Source: a virus. From it: a stretch of DNA of 64,000 nt. Where the stretch lies: IMG/VR virus record IMGVR_UViG_3300035661_000042, positions 17,133-81,132 of that record. One strand, written 5' to 3'. The notes beneath the pieces were generated by a model that saw only the letters and a list, made by a program, of their open reading frames with translations, did not search any database and had not been told where the DNA came from. The translations under genes and the position numbers were made by a program. Of this stretch, positions 46,046-55,969 are shown piece by piece; within the stretch, counting starts at the first letter, position 1; each line of letters starts with the position of its first letter.

Positions 46046-48280
46046 TTAGATTTGTGCGCCGGTCGCAACAATGCGGATTGGGATGTACAAGAATTCAGCT
46101 GCACGAACAGGCTTCAAAGCGATGTCGATGTACAGTTCATTCCGGTCAATCCGATCAGGCGTGTTATTGGACTCATCGCAGACCGTAGCAAAGTCATACA
46201 GACCGCGCTTGACAATCAAATCTCCGAGGAAGCCATCAACTGTTGCTTTCAGGTTATCACGTGTTAGTTGGTCGTTCGGTTCAAAGATGAACGACATTGT
46301 GTTCTTACGTAGTTGACGACGGATGTAACCAATCAAACGCTCTACGTTGATACGGTCACGTGCCGAAGCATCAGGCGCAGAAGTCTTTTGACCCCACACA
46401 ATAATGCCGCGTCCTGGGAAGAACACGATTGGGTTGATATTTGTGAAGTACTTGTACAAGTTATCACGTTGACCTTGGTTAAGAGCAACTTCATTAAACG
46501 TTGTTGCTGTGCCAAGTGTACCTGTCACATAACCAATGTTTGAAGCACCAGATACCAAGCCACGACGTGTACCAGCTGGGGCGAACCACAGCTCGGATAC
46601 TTCATCGCTGTATGCCATTGTGCGCAGAGCGATACCAGATGCGGCAACAAATACGTCTGTTCCGTCGAGGTTTGAAGCAAACCCGTGTGGGTAGTAGTAT
46701 GCCAAGCCTGGTGAAGTACGGCGTGATACAGTAGCTGCCCAAAGTGCAACGTCTTCTGGTGTCTTGTCGAATGGAACATCACCAATTACGAATGCTTCGT
46801 CTTGAATGTCTACACGCAAGTTGATCATTTCGTCAACGAGCTCTGGGAAACCAGGGCACAGAATCAAGTTGAACTCGTACGTTTCAGAGCGAATATCAGT
46901 ATTGCTGTTGATCGATGCAGCAAGCGCTGTAATAACAGCAACACGGCGTGCTGCATCATTAGCACCAAGGCTGGTTTGATTCAGGAATTCAGCTGTGTAC
47001 TTGAACGAATCGGCTGCACCAAGCAACGTTGAAGATGCTTCTGCTGCTGTCCATTCTGTACCAACAACACTACCAGTCACATTCGAAACCCAATCAGCCG
47101 CATCACCAGTCAGTCCAATAAACAGGCCTGTTGCAGGAGCAGAGTATCCATTTGCATAGATGTTCTTTGGAGCAGATGTGAAATCATTAGTAAATGACGC
47201 TTGTGAGTTCTTGAACGAGAACATTTGCCAAATGAATGCATCAGCAGTTGCTGCCAGTGACAAGAATGCTGTTTGATCAACAGTTTGTTTGTACGATGTG
47301 AGGGTTGCAATACCAATGCTAAATCCAGCACCTGGACCACCGACGTTTGAACTCAACGCAGACAACGTATCGCCAACGCTGTACCCTGAACCCTTGTTTA
47401 CCAGCGTTGCGATCGTTACAGTACCACCGGCAACAGTAATGTTTGCTGTTGCGCCCGTGCCTGTACCGCCTGTCAATGGGACATTCATGTATGTGCCGGT
47501 TGAGTACAGTGTACCACCAACCAGTCCACCAATTGTAGCCACAGGAACAGAGAATCCTGAACCCGTGCCACCAATCAGAGCAGCAGATGCTGTCAATGAG
47601 TTACCACCGGCATATCCTGAACCGTGGCTGGTTAGCACTACTGTTATAACAGCCGCACCCGCAACAGTAATCGTTGCCTTCGCACCTGTTCCCGTTCCAC
47701 CCGTTAGTGGAACGTTCGTGTATGTGCCGTCCGTATACAACGAACCACCAACGACGGAGCCAAGTGTTGCAATACGAGTTGTTGACTGTGTATTGATAGC
47801 ATTGACAGTACTTGGAATAAAGCCGTTTGTGTGGTTGTATTCATTCAAATACGCATTGACCAAGTTTTCCAGCACGTATGCTGCTTCTTGCATCTTTGTA
47901 TCCCACATCACACGAATGTCTGTGAGGTTGTCATTCAAGTTGACGTTTGCACGAACAACATATGCCAGATTGCCAACTCCGAGGAATTGATTCAGAGCAA
48001 ATACGCCGTATTCATTGCGAACATCGCCGTGTTGTTGATTTCCGCTGCTATCAGCAAGAAAGCGAGGAATGCCGTACAGTTCTGTGCTTTGCTTCAATGA
48101 AGTAACAGTGCGAATTACGTTGCTTTCAAACGTACCAGCGGCGTCAGCAATTCCATTTGGTTGCTTTTTTTCATCAGCTGTTGTGATGAAGATCAAGGGA
48201 ACGGTCGAAGCAGCAGCAGGAATGAAAAACGATTCATCCGTTACTGTAACACTTACACCGGGGGAAACTAGGTTAGCCAT
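46046..48280 (-). CDS. gp18: Tail sheath protein (gp18-like)
   Basis: LVSPGVSV, NEYG, WFAPAG.RRG, INPI, WGQKT, RINV.RL, FEPND, P.RA.EF.YIP. Confidence 0.95.
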   Translation of the reverse strand: MANLVSPGVSVTVTDESFFIPAAASTVPLIFITTADEKKQPNGIADAAGTFESNVIRTVTSLKQSTELYGIPRFLADSSGNQQHGDVRNEYGVFALNQFLGVGNLAYVVRANVNLNDNLTDIRVMWDTKMQEAAYVLENLVNAYLNEYNHTNGFIPSTVNAINTQSTTRIATLGSVVGGSLYTDGTYTNVPLTGGTGTGAKATITVAGAAVITVVLTSHGSGYAGGNSLTASAALIGGTGSGFSVPVATIGGLVGGTLYSTGTYMNVPLTGGTGTGATANITVAGGTVTIATLVNKGSGYSVGDTLSALSSNVGGPGAGFSIGIATLTSYKQTVDQTAFLSLAATADAFIWQMFSFKNSQASFTNDFTSAPKNIYANGYSAPATGLFIGLTGDAADWVSNVTGSVVGTEWTAAEASSTLLGAADSFKYTAEFLNQTSLGANDAARRVAVITALAASINSNTDIRSETYEFNLILCPGFPELVDEMINLRVDIQDEAFVIGDVPFDKTPEDVALWAATVSRRTSPGLAYYYPHGFASNLDGTDVFVAASGIALRTMAYSDEVSELWFAPAGTRRGLVSGASNIGYVTGTLGTATTFNEVALNQGQRDNLYKYFTNINPIVFFPGRGIIVWGQKTSAPDASARDRINVERLIGYIRRQLRKNTMSFIFEPNDQLTRDNLKATVDGFLGDLIVKRGLYDFATVCDESNNTPDRIDRNELYIDIALKPVRAAEFLYIPIRIVATGAQI

Positions 48281-48347
48281 CTGACACTCCTGTCAATTGA
48301 AGATTGGTTATAGATATTTATCCAGCGGTCCCAAATAACTCTCAATT

Positions 48348-49121
48348 TTACTTAACTGTTAGATCAGTTGCATCTTGTACCAGCTCGTAAGGAATATTTT
48401 GACCGTCGAGATCACCAATGATCTCGAAACTATCAGTGATGTCCGTACCGGTGCTGATAGCACCAATTCGCATAAAGATTTTTTGAATGAAGTCCTTACG
48501 AATATCAGCAGGAGTATCAACAAAAATTGGCATTGAAAACGTCAATGTGCTTTGAATAATGCGGCGATCTACTCCAATTGGATACGGGCTATCCATTTGT
48601 GAGCCAGTTAACAACACATGGGTCAGTCGTGTCCAATCAAACGGAGCATCTGATAGTTGAATGTTTAACTGTGGATCAAACAATGGGAGAATCTGTTCGA
48701 GAATTTGAAAATGTTGATCAGTATTGCTGGCGTAAATCGACAACTCCAAATCCAGATCATAGGGAACTGGACGGCGCTGGTGAATCACTTCGATGTCATC
48801 GGGGATCAGGCCACCAACGGGAATATATGCTTTCCGACGCTCCGTACCTGTGCCAGCCATCCGTCCATTCGCCATTGTAAGGTTTCGCAAATACGCGCTC
48901 ATTACTGGCAGACGAAGTGGTTTATTCTGGGTATTATCGGATAGAATCGAAGCAACAACCCGGTCTTGTGCACCATAGTGAATAGGAACAGAAATTAGAC
49001 GCTCATCTTTGTCGTTCCATTTCCCAATTTGCACTTGCAATCCAGAGAAAATAGCCATAAATTGAAGAATGTAGCTCTTCAATTGTTGGTCATAGTAGTA
49101 TCCATCACGACGGTATGCCAT
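48348..49121 (-). CDS. gp15: Tail terminator / sheath stabiliser (gp15-like)
   Basis: YYYD.Q...YILQF..IFS, VP..YG, PVPY, QILEQILPLF.P. Confidence 0.85.
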   Translation of the reverse strand: MAYRRDGYYYDQQLKSYILQFMAIFSGLQVQIGKWNDKDERLISVPIHYGAQDRVVASILSDNTQNKPLRLPVMSAYLRNLTMANGRMAGTGTERRKAYIPVGGLIPDDIEVIHQRRPVPYDLDLELSIYASNTDQHFQILEQILPLFDPQLNIQLSDAPFDWTRLTHVLLTGSQMDSPYPIGVDRRIIQSTLTFSMPIFVDTPADIRKDFIQKIFMRIGAISTGTDITDSFEIIGDLDGQNIPYELVQDATDLTVK

Positions 49122-49122
49122 T

Positions 49123-50694
49123 TTACTTTACCTTTCGGGCCGACGTTTTGGTCGGGCTGGTTGTATATTCATCAAGTCTTACTTTTTGATCATTGAATTG
49201 CCGACGACGGTCGGTTTCCAGATATATCCAACGATTCTTTGTAGTTGACCAACGATACAAGCGAGCTGGAACATCTTTTGCAGTGCCTTCATACACAAGG
49301 CGATGGTATTCACCATTGGCTGCGGTTGCAGGAAGGATTGTCGATTCTGTGTATGGATCACCATTTTGAGGGATTGCATCTTCAACGTACAATCCTTTGC
49401 GGTTGAAACCTAACTTGTTCAAATGAGGGAATCCATCTATGCCAGCTTGTGTAAGTTCCGCTTCCGTGAACTCACGAATTGTGTTTGATCCTTCGCTTCC
49501 ACGCTCTGGTACTTGTGTCGCAGCCGTTGCTTTGATCGTTTGATCAACAGCGGAGAAGTCTTGATACTTTTGATTGTTACCGTCATCCGTGCTAAACAAT
49601 CCCGACGTATCAACTGTTTGGGCAAGGTCTCCGAAGATATCTTGTGTTTCTTGGGTGGCAAGAGCAGGTTGAGCTGTCAACATTAGCATTGTTGGCATCC
49701 AACCAGGCGTATACGACGCAGAATCCCACGTCACATCAGTTACTTCAAGGTACCGCTTGATTGGACGCAGGTCGGTTGTGTACTGGGTTTCGCTTGGCAG
49801 TTCAATAATATCACCAATCACAACAGGGCGGCCGAGCTTTGCCACTGCGGCATTAAAATTGACTCGAATCTGATAGTTCGCTGTTGGGATCTCAATACCA
49901 AACCGTGTTAGATCCGTTGCCACACTCAAAAGCTCGTAGTATCCTTTTAACAGGACAGCTGTTTCAGCATAGTTACGGTCGCGATTTTCCATCAAGATTT
50001 TGTCTTGAATGTTGCTGATGTGCGTCAAAGAGTAGTCAAACATCTCTAACGCCTGAACACCCCAGCTGTCACATTCTGTTCCAACAAAACCAATTGGACG
50101 AAGCCTCCAAAACCGCATTGGCACAGAGTGCTTAAAATGCAATGTATTGAGAACATCATCATTTGGTAGCGTTAGCACAGCGACGCCGTACCATTCCGTT
50201 CCGTTTTCAGACCGCTCAACACGAACTTTTGCTACACGCCGGATAGGATTGCTGCTTTGCTTGATTTTAATCGCTGTTATGTGTTGCCGAAGGGGAGCAT
50301 CAACTCCGTATCGCTGTCTACCGTTTGGCAACTTGATAACACCGAAATCATAGCCGATATACGCGGATGCAACGGTTGCAGCAGCTCCTGTTTGCTTTGA
50401 ACGCCACTCGTTCGCGTATGTGGTGAAAGCATTGCTTGCTGGATAGTTGGGAGCAGATCCACCAGAAATTGGTGTACCATCGCTTGTCAAGTCAACCAGC
50501 TTCGTTTGTTCGTGTACGCCCAACAACTTATACACATTGACTTGCGCGCCGGCAATCTGCAATGACTCTTCAATTAGACTGTCCGCGTAGCACGAAATAC
50601 GCGTCTGTTGGGACATATCCCAAGGACGACAAGAAGCCCAGCCTGATGCAGGCGGGCAAATTTCGCCAGATGGTTTTGTTACGCAATCAGTCAC
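49123..50694 (-). CDS. gp14: Neck protein (gp14-like) with an inserted discoidin-like domain
   Basis: ENRDR.Y, DL.RFG, LGR....GD.IELP, Y.PGW.P; the insert carries an AF..W...YDFG...S.NG.EW...RFWRL pattern. Confidence 0.75.
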   Translation of the reverse strand: MTDCVTKPSGEICPPASGWASCRPWDMSQQTRISCYADSLIEESLQIAGAQVNVYKLLGVHEQTKLVDLTSDGTPISGGSAPNYPASNAFTTYANEWRSKQTGAAATVASAYIGYDFGVIKLPNGRQRYGVDAPLRQHITAIKIKQSSNPIRRVAKVRVERSENGTEWYGVAVLTLPNDDVLNTLHFKHSVPMRFWRLRPIGFVGTECDSWGVQALEMFDYSLTHISNIQDKILMENRDRNYAETAVLLKGYYELLSVATDLTRFGIEIPTANYQIRVNFNAAVAKLGRPVVIGDIIELPSETQYTTDLRPIKRYLEVTDVTWDSASYTPGWMPTMLMLTAQPALATQETQDIFGDLAQTVDTSGLFSTDDGNNQKYQDFSAVDQTIKATAATQVPERGSEGSNTIREFTEAELTQAGIDGFPHLNKLGFNRKGLYVEDAIPQNGDPYTESTILPATAANGEYHRLVYEGTAKDVPARLYRWSTTKNRWIYLETDRRRQFNDQKVRLDEYTTSPTKTSARKVK

Positions 50695-50717
50695 TATGAA
50701 TCCTTTGCCCCAAATGA

Positions 50718-50752
50718 AAATAACCCGAGAGTTTGACGTCTCGGGTTATTTA
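50718..50752 (-). terminator. 13-bp inverted repeat/terminator overlapping a late promoter
   Basis: AAATAACCCGAGA-N8-TCTCGGGTTATTT then TCATTT; TAAATA at 50747-50752. Confidence 0.7.
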
Positions 50753-50772
50753 TGAGGAAGCGATTACACAGG

Positions 50773-51918
50773 TTATGCAATTGCGAGGTCAGTTGTGTAA
50801 TCAACCCATGCTGAACCGTTGTAGTACACGTTCACCAGGCGTGCATTACCACGTGCTGCTGGCTTAGTTCCGCGGCGTGTGAAGAACGCGCCTGGTGGGA
50901 TCAGTGTCCACATTGGAGTGCCTGTGTTTGCCTTTGTCGACAACAGAAGTGCCTTGTATGCAGCTGGCGTGCTGGATGTACCAACAGTACCTTCTGTACC
51001 AGCCGTACCAGCAACAAGTGCTGCTGTAAAGTCGATTGGAGCTGCAACTGCTGTAAGAGCAGCAATGAGGTCAAGCACTGAACCAGCTGTAACTGCTGGG
51101 ACTGCGGTTGCAACGTTGCCCGGAACGTTCGTTGTGACGTTGAACGTCAGCAAGTTTGATGTAGCTACAACAGTTGCCGTCAGTGCAGGGAATGCAACTT
51201 TCAGAGCTGTGTTGAACTTTGTCAGGAACGTTGCGAATGTTTCACCACCAACAACTGCGACTGCAACTGACTTAGGAACAGAGTTGACAGTAACTGTTAG
51301 GTCATACGTAGCAGCTGCTACGCTCATTGGAGATGCAGCAACAACGCCTGTACCAGCAACCGTGAACGCATCAGATGCATACGTCTTGAACGTTTGGGTT
51401 GGTGACAGAACTGCTGCCTTTGCTTCCCACTCATCTTGTAGAGCACCGTCCATTGAGTTGTAGCGAACATACACGAGTGCAGCTGGCGTCGACTTGACTG
51501 ATACCAGACCGAAGTTTGCACCCTTGACGTTTGCGAACAGTGCTGTTGAGCCTGAACCGTCAGTGATTACAACGGACGATGAAGCAGTTGCTGCCAAACT
51601 GGTGATAACAAGCTTGCCACCAACCAGAGCTGCTGTTGCCCACGTTGAGATGTCAGTATTGATTTCTGCAATCAGAGTCGTGAACGTTTGTGCAGCTGAT
51701 CCAAGGATCGAAATTGCACGAGGAGTACCGTCAACGTTGGCTGATGCTGTGTATGTCGTTGCGCCGACGAGACCAGTTGCCGTGCCGCCTTCGGCAGGAA
51801 GGACACCGTAGTCAACAACTGCGAAGCCAGGGTTTGCCTCAACTTGTAGAACGAGATCGAGAGCGTTATCGAACGTAACGTCTGCTGTTTGAATGAATGC
51901 GCCAGGAACTTGTGCCAT
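50773..51918 (-). CDS. Ala/Thr/Val-rich putative virion protein
   Basis: Own late promoter, SD GGAG and terminator; two related domains (F.T.....N......A..V). Confidence 0.7.
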   Translation of the reverse strand: MAQVPGAFIQTADVTFDNALDLVLQVEANPGFAVVDYGVLPAEGGTATGLVGATTYTASANVDGTPRAISILGSAAQTFTTLIAEINTDISTWATAALVGGKLVITSLAATASSSVVITDGSGSTALFANVKGANFGLVSVKSTPAALVYVRYNSMDGALQDEWEAKAAVLSPTQTFKTYASDAFTVAGTGVVAASPMSVAAATYDLTVTVNSVPKSVAVAVVGGETFATFLTKFNTALKVAFPALTATVVATSNLLTFNVTTNVPGNVATAVPAVTAGSVLDLIAALTAVAAPIDFTAALVAGTAGTEGTVGTSSTPAAYKALLLSTKANTGTPMWTLIPPGAFFTRRGTKPAARGNARLVNVYYNGSAWVDYTTDLAIA

Positions 51919-52013
51919 TGCTGTCTCCAGAAAGAAAATAAGATTAAGAATCTTTGGTGAGAGTATTTATATGTGTGCTTTATAAATTTGTGTTTTTCTT
52001 ACCCACAACACGT

Positions 52014-54968
52014 TTATCCAAATGTGAATTGTGTTGCCATACCGTATTCTTCTGGCTTATCAGCAACATACGACTCAATATCAGCGATACATCCATCAAT
52101 GTCTGCCTGGCCTGTTTGACGCAGTTCTCCTGCATTTAGTGTGACAGAGCCACTTGCGCCTGGTAATGTTGAGAATTTGCCACGAATTTCTGATAGCATA
52201 ATTCGGCACACACCTGTTGCATAACGACGAATCCATGCTTTTGAATAACGATCTGTCATCAAGTCTTGCTCTGTGCGTTCTTCTGTTGCCTCAATACATA
52301 CCATCTTTTCAGATAAAGCAAACCTGTTATGAATCCAAACTTCACGTTTTTGCTCGTTCCAGTTGAAGGTCAGTCGCGCTGCGAACAACATTTCCATCAG
52401 TTTTGTGTAGTCTGCCATGATGTGATAGCTCAACAGGTCAAAGGTACCCATGTTGTACATATGCTGCAACACAATTTGTCCATACACACCTGCGCCGTGT
52501 GCTGATGAAAGGAACGAGGATGTCAGTCGGTATATTCCCAAAATATCAACAATCTTGTTCATTCCAGATATCTTGTTCGTCAGATTGTACCGCTGTTCAT
52601 TTGCCTTGATGCCCATGAAGAAGAATCCGCGCTTGTATGCAAGACCAGAACGCTGGCGAAGCTCACTCAAAGCACGACTGACAGCATAATCCATTTGCTC
52701 TTTTGTCAATTCCACATCAACAACTGGATATCCAAGCTCGTACCGAATGTCATTGACAATTGCGTTTCTTACAGAGTCTGTTCCATCAGTACCAATACCA
52801 ATTTCTGTGTACGACGGTTCATCAGATACCCCATCAACACCCGGTTTAGAGTTGTGAACAGTAAACGTAGTTGCAAGCGCCAACAGCAAGGAGCTATCGG
52901 AGTTAATTCCAACATACGACGTGCTTCCAATGTGAGTGTCTGTGAACAGCAAATTGCCATTACAATCAAGCTCAACAGTAGCGATAGGAGTTGCTGGTAC
53001 CCACGCATATCCATCCCACGTCATCAACATGCTGGTAGTTGTGTTATACCACAGACTTCCTGTTGATGGGGTTAGTGGTGTTGATGAATATGTCAGCGAC
53101 ACCCATGCAACACCGTTCCACTGGCTTAATCCTTGGTTGGTTGAATTAAACCAGAATGTGCCAGTTGGAGGTACGAGAGGATTTGTTAGAGATTTGATTG
53201 GAGAGATCAATAACCAAGATCCTGCGCTCCGAACAAACCATGTGTTTGCTGTTGTGTTGTGCCATACAGTTCCGTTAGGAACAAGTGTTGGATCTGTTGG
53301 GAAGTTGACGAACGTTGCTACCTTGAAGCAGTTGTTTTCCCACACATACAGGACACCGGTGTCAGTATCATACCACGTTGCGCCTTCCACCATAACAGGG
53401 GCGACAGCTGGATCGATTGTTTGCTGGAAGAAATGTGCTACTGTCACCCACGTTGATGTCAATATGTTCCAAACTTTCAACAGATCATTTGTAGTATCCC
53501 ACCATACATCACACGTTGCTCGTACGGTAGGATCAAATGGGAAGACAATCACGTCTTGCTGGACCCATAGTGTGTTTAGCGAATTACGCTCAAACAACTC
53601 CATTGTTGTTGGATTGTACCACAACTTACCTGGTGCTGGCAGAGCTGGTGCTATTTCCGAGAACGAAACATTTTCCTGTTCATTTCCTGTGAATCCTGGA
53701 TTTGGAGAATTAAACTTACGCAGGATATTTGATGTTTCTTCCAGCCAAAACGTACCGGTTACCAAGGCATTTGGATTTGTGAGCGATTGAACAGCTGTCG
53801 TCACCCCCCACATATCAAGCGAACTATTCCACTTGTACAGAGTTTCCGCTGTTGGATTATACCAGAACGAACCATCAGGAGGATTGATTGCCAAAGATGG
53901 ATCAGCAGCCTGTACGGTTGTTGATACTTGGCACCATGTAGTACCGTTCCAAAGGAACGCAGTCGTGCCGTTGAACCAGTATGAAGTATCTGCGGGTGGG
54001 AGCGCTGGGTTGACAGAGTGATCAATTACAATTACAGCAGTCCACACCAATCCGTCCCAAATCGACAGAACGTTCGTTGTTGTGTTTAGCCAATATGCAC
54101 CAATTGGTGCAAGCGTTGGATCTGTCGCATTGTAGATAACTGGTACTTCTACGTGTGCTGATCCATTCCACAAGAACAACTTTTTCTGTGAGGCGTTCCA
54201 ATAGTAGGTTCCAGTGTTAGGAGCTGTTGGGCCTATTGGTCCACCTGATAACAGAGCGAATTGTTGGTTGAGAGCAGCAACAAGTTCTTCGTATGTTGAC
54301 GCAGTTGACCCGTCAATTGTCAGTGTATAGATCGGAGCTGATGGGTTGCAATCAACCGAATCAACTGGTTTGTTTGGCTTTGGCAATACACCAAGTTGAA
54401 CAATCAAATCATACGGTGTAGCAGCAAGAAGACCAGTTGAGTCAGTAGGTTGAACACCCATTGCTGACGCAGAGGAGTTAAGAACTACTACCTGTGTGCC
54501 GTGTGTTCCATCAGATCCGCGATTGACATAGTCTGTTGAATATGCATGAACACCCGGTGCAAAATAGCGCAACTGGCAATCAGTTGGATATCCTGACACA
54601 AAGTACGGCGTATTTGCTTTTAGTCCTGTGATATCAAAGTATGTTGTGGTCTTGTCTTGGTAAAACGCACCGATTACCATTGCAGTAGCAATCAAATCGC
54701 CAGCAAACAAGTTTGAATCAGCGGTTGGATCGGAGCTATACACTGTTCCGTTTACAGGACTCTTTCCTGCGGCCGCTGCCTTTGTATCCAAAGTAACAAC
54801 CATACCACAGTATGCTTGTGTCTCTGCCGTGCAACCAGCTGCTGGTGTTGGGATATTCCAACTAACACGACCAGTTGTTGGCCCTGTCCTATCGAATTTC
54901 AACGTAATGTTGATCGATTCGGCGCGAAGCAATCCAGGTGCGTCAGTGACAATATCAAATGTGCTCAT
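52014..54968 (-). CDS. gp13: Neck protein (gp13-like) with a ~730-aa N-terminal extension
   Basis: C-terminal ~250 aa: LGYPVVDVEL..EQ, WIRRY...L..IRGKF.TLPG..G.V.LN; the extension has 11 Trp-rich repeats. Confidence 0.85.
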   Translation of the reverse strand: MSTFDIVTDAPGLLRAESINITLKFDRTGPTTGRVSWNIPTPAAGCTAETQAYCGMVVTLDTKAAAAGKSPVNGTVYSSDPTADSNLFAGDLIATAMVIGAFYQDKTTTYFDITGLKANTPYFVSGYPTDCQLRYFAPGVHAYSTDYVNRGSDGTHGTQVVVLNSSASAMGVQPTDSTGLLAATPYDLIVQLGVLPKPNKPVDSVDCNPSAPIYTLTIDGSTASTYEELVAALNQQFALLSGGPIGPTAPNTGTYYWNASQKKLFLWNGSAHVEVPVIYNATDPTLAPIGAYWLNTTTNVLSIWDGLVWTAVIVIDHSVNPALPPADTSYWFNGTTAFLWNGTTWCQVSTTVQAADPSLAINPPDGSFWYNPTAETLYKWNSSLDMWGVTTAVQSLTNPNALVTGTFWLEETSNILRKFNSPNPGFTGNEQENVSFSEIAPALPAPGKLWYNPTTMELFERNSLNTLWVQQDVIVFPFDPTVRATCDVWWDTTNDLLKVWNILTSTWVTVAHFFQQTIDPAVAPVMVEGATWYDTDTGVLYVWENNCFKVATFVNFPTDPTLVPNGTVWHNTTANTWFVRSAGSWLLISPIKSLTNPLVPPTGTFWFNSTNQGLSQWNGVAWVSLTYSSTPLTPSTGSLWYNTTTSMLMTWDGYAWVPATPIATVELDCNGNLLFTDTHIGSTSYVGINSDSSLLLALATTFTVHNSKPGVDGVSDEPSYTEIGIGTDGTDSVRNAIVNDIRYELGYPVVDVELTKEQMDYAVSRALSELRQRSGLAYKRGFFFMGIKANEQRYNLTNKISGMNKIVDILGIYRLTSSFLSSAHGAGVYGQIVLQHMYNMGTFDLLSYHIMADYTKLMEMLFAARLTFNWNEQKREVWIHNRFALSEKMVCIEATEERTEQDLMTDRYSKAWIRRYATGVCRIMLSEIRGKFSTLPGASGSVTLNAGELRQTGQADIDGCIADIESYVADKPEEYGMATQFTFG

Positions 54969-55005
54969 ACTTTTTCCTCAGTTGAGCATATTTATCTGTC
55001 AGAGA

Positions 55006-55034
55006 CGAAAATAGTGCCTCAGGCACTATTTTCG
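55006..55034 (-). terminator. Terminator-like 14-bp inverted repeat
   Basis: CGAAAATAGTGCCT-N-AGGCACTATTTTCG, downstream of 55056..55700. Confidence 0.75.
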
Positions 55035-55055
55035 GGAAGCGCTGGCGATTTGCTG

Positions 55056-55700
55056 TTACGCGTACGTCAATTCATCGTGTTCATCCTGTTGATCATCTTC
55101 GGTGTTTAGCCCAAGTGATGCCATCAGTTCTGCAACAGGGTCGCGTGACTTCTTGCGACGACTTTTTGCCGCCGCAATTGCCTTACGTTCAGCTTCACGC
55201 TCGTGAATCAGTGCGTATACCTGATGCTGTGCAACAAGCGCATCGTCATACGTACCGTAATCCGTGCATTGATCCACCAAATTGCACACATCCTCAACTA
55301 CCGCATCTGCATTCGCAATCATCGTAGGGTGATCGAACTTGTAAAACAATGCGATCGTCGGTTCAATGACCAGCAAGAACATTGGTAAATTCCGCTTTTT
55401 AAGCAGGGCTGATTCGCTACTATCTTTGCCAGACGTCAAGTACGTAGTTAGCAGCTTGTTGACTTCACGAGGAGCATTGTAGTCAACGCCTTGGTACTTG
55501 CGCTTACCAATCATTGGTTCAGTTCCCTTCATTGCATCAGCCACAGAACGCAAAGCGGCTTTAACATCACCTTCGTCAGTAAACCACTTGTTCCACACCA
55601 GTGGATTTGGATCGTAAATCAGCCCCATCAATCGGATATATCGTCGAATGCCTTCTTTGAGTTGAGCTAATTCTGCGGGAATGAAATGTTCTGTCAGCAT
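55056..55700 (-). CDS. Hypothetical protein (probable early gene)
   Basis: SD AGGAG; downstream of a sigma70-like promoter. Confidence 0.7.
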   Translation of the reverse strand: MLTEHFIPAELAQLKEGIRRYIRLMGLIYDPNPLVWNKWFTDEGDVKAALRSVADAMKGTEPMIGKRKYQGVDYNAPREVNKLLTTYLTSGKDSSESALLKKRNLPMFLLVIEPTIALFYKFDHPTMIANADAVVEDVCNLVDQCTDYGTYDDALVAQHQVYALIHEREAERKAIAAAKSRRKKSRDPVAELMASLGLNTEDDQQDEHDELTYA

Positions 55701-55717
55701 ATTACGGTACTCCTGGG

Positions 55718-55909
55718 TTAGTGTACAAGGTCATCGTCAGTCATCAAATAAATGGGCTTAATTGTCGTAGCTCCAACTTGGTACATTATTTCGATCGTTG
55801 ATTCAATCTGCTCCAATAGCCCCATCTTGTATTCAAACGAATCTGCCGAAGCAAGTGCGTAATCCAAGTACGATCGCGTAAAATCGAATTGTTGTACAGG
55901 TGTGGTCAT
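55718..55909 (-). CDS. Small acidic hypothetical protein (probable early gene)
   Basis: SD AGGGG; first gene after the promoter at 55941-55969. Confidence 0.62.
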   Translation of the reverse strand: MTTPVQQFDFTRSYLDYALASADSFEYKMGLLEQIESTIEIMYQVGATTIKPIYLMTDDDLVH

Positions 55910-55940
55910 TAACTGCCCCTAATTTGTATCAGTGGGGCGC

Positions 55941-55969
55941 ACTATATTCCAGAAACAAAAAAAGGTCAA
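55941..55969 (-). promoter_or_regulatory. Sigma70-like promoter TTGACC-N17-TATAGT
   Basis: 5/6 match at both boxes, exact 17-nt spacer. Confidence 0.8.
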
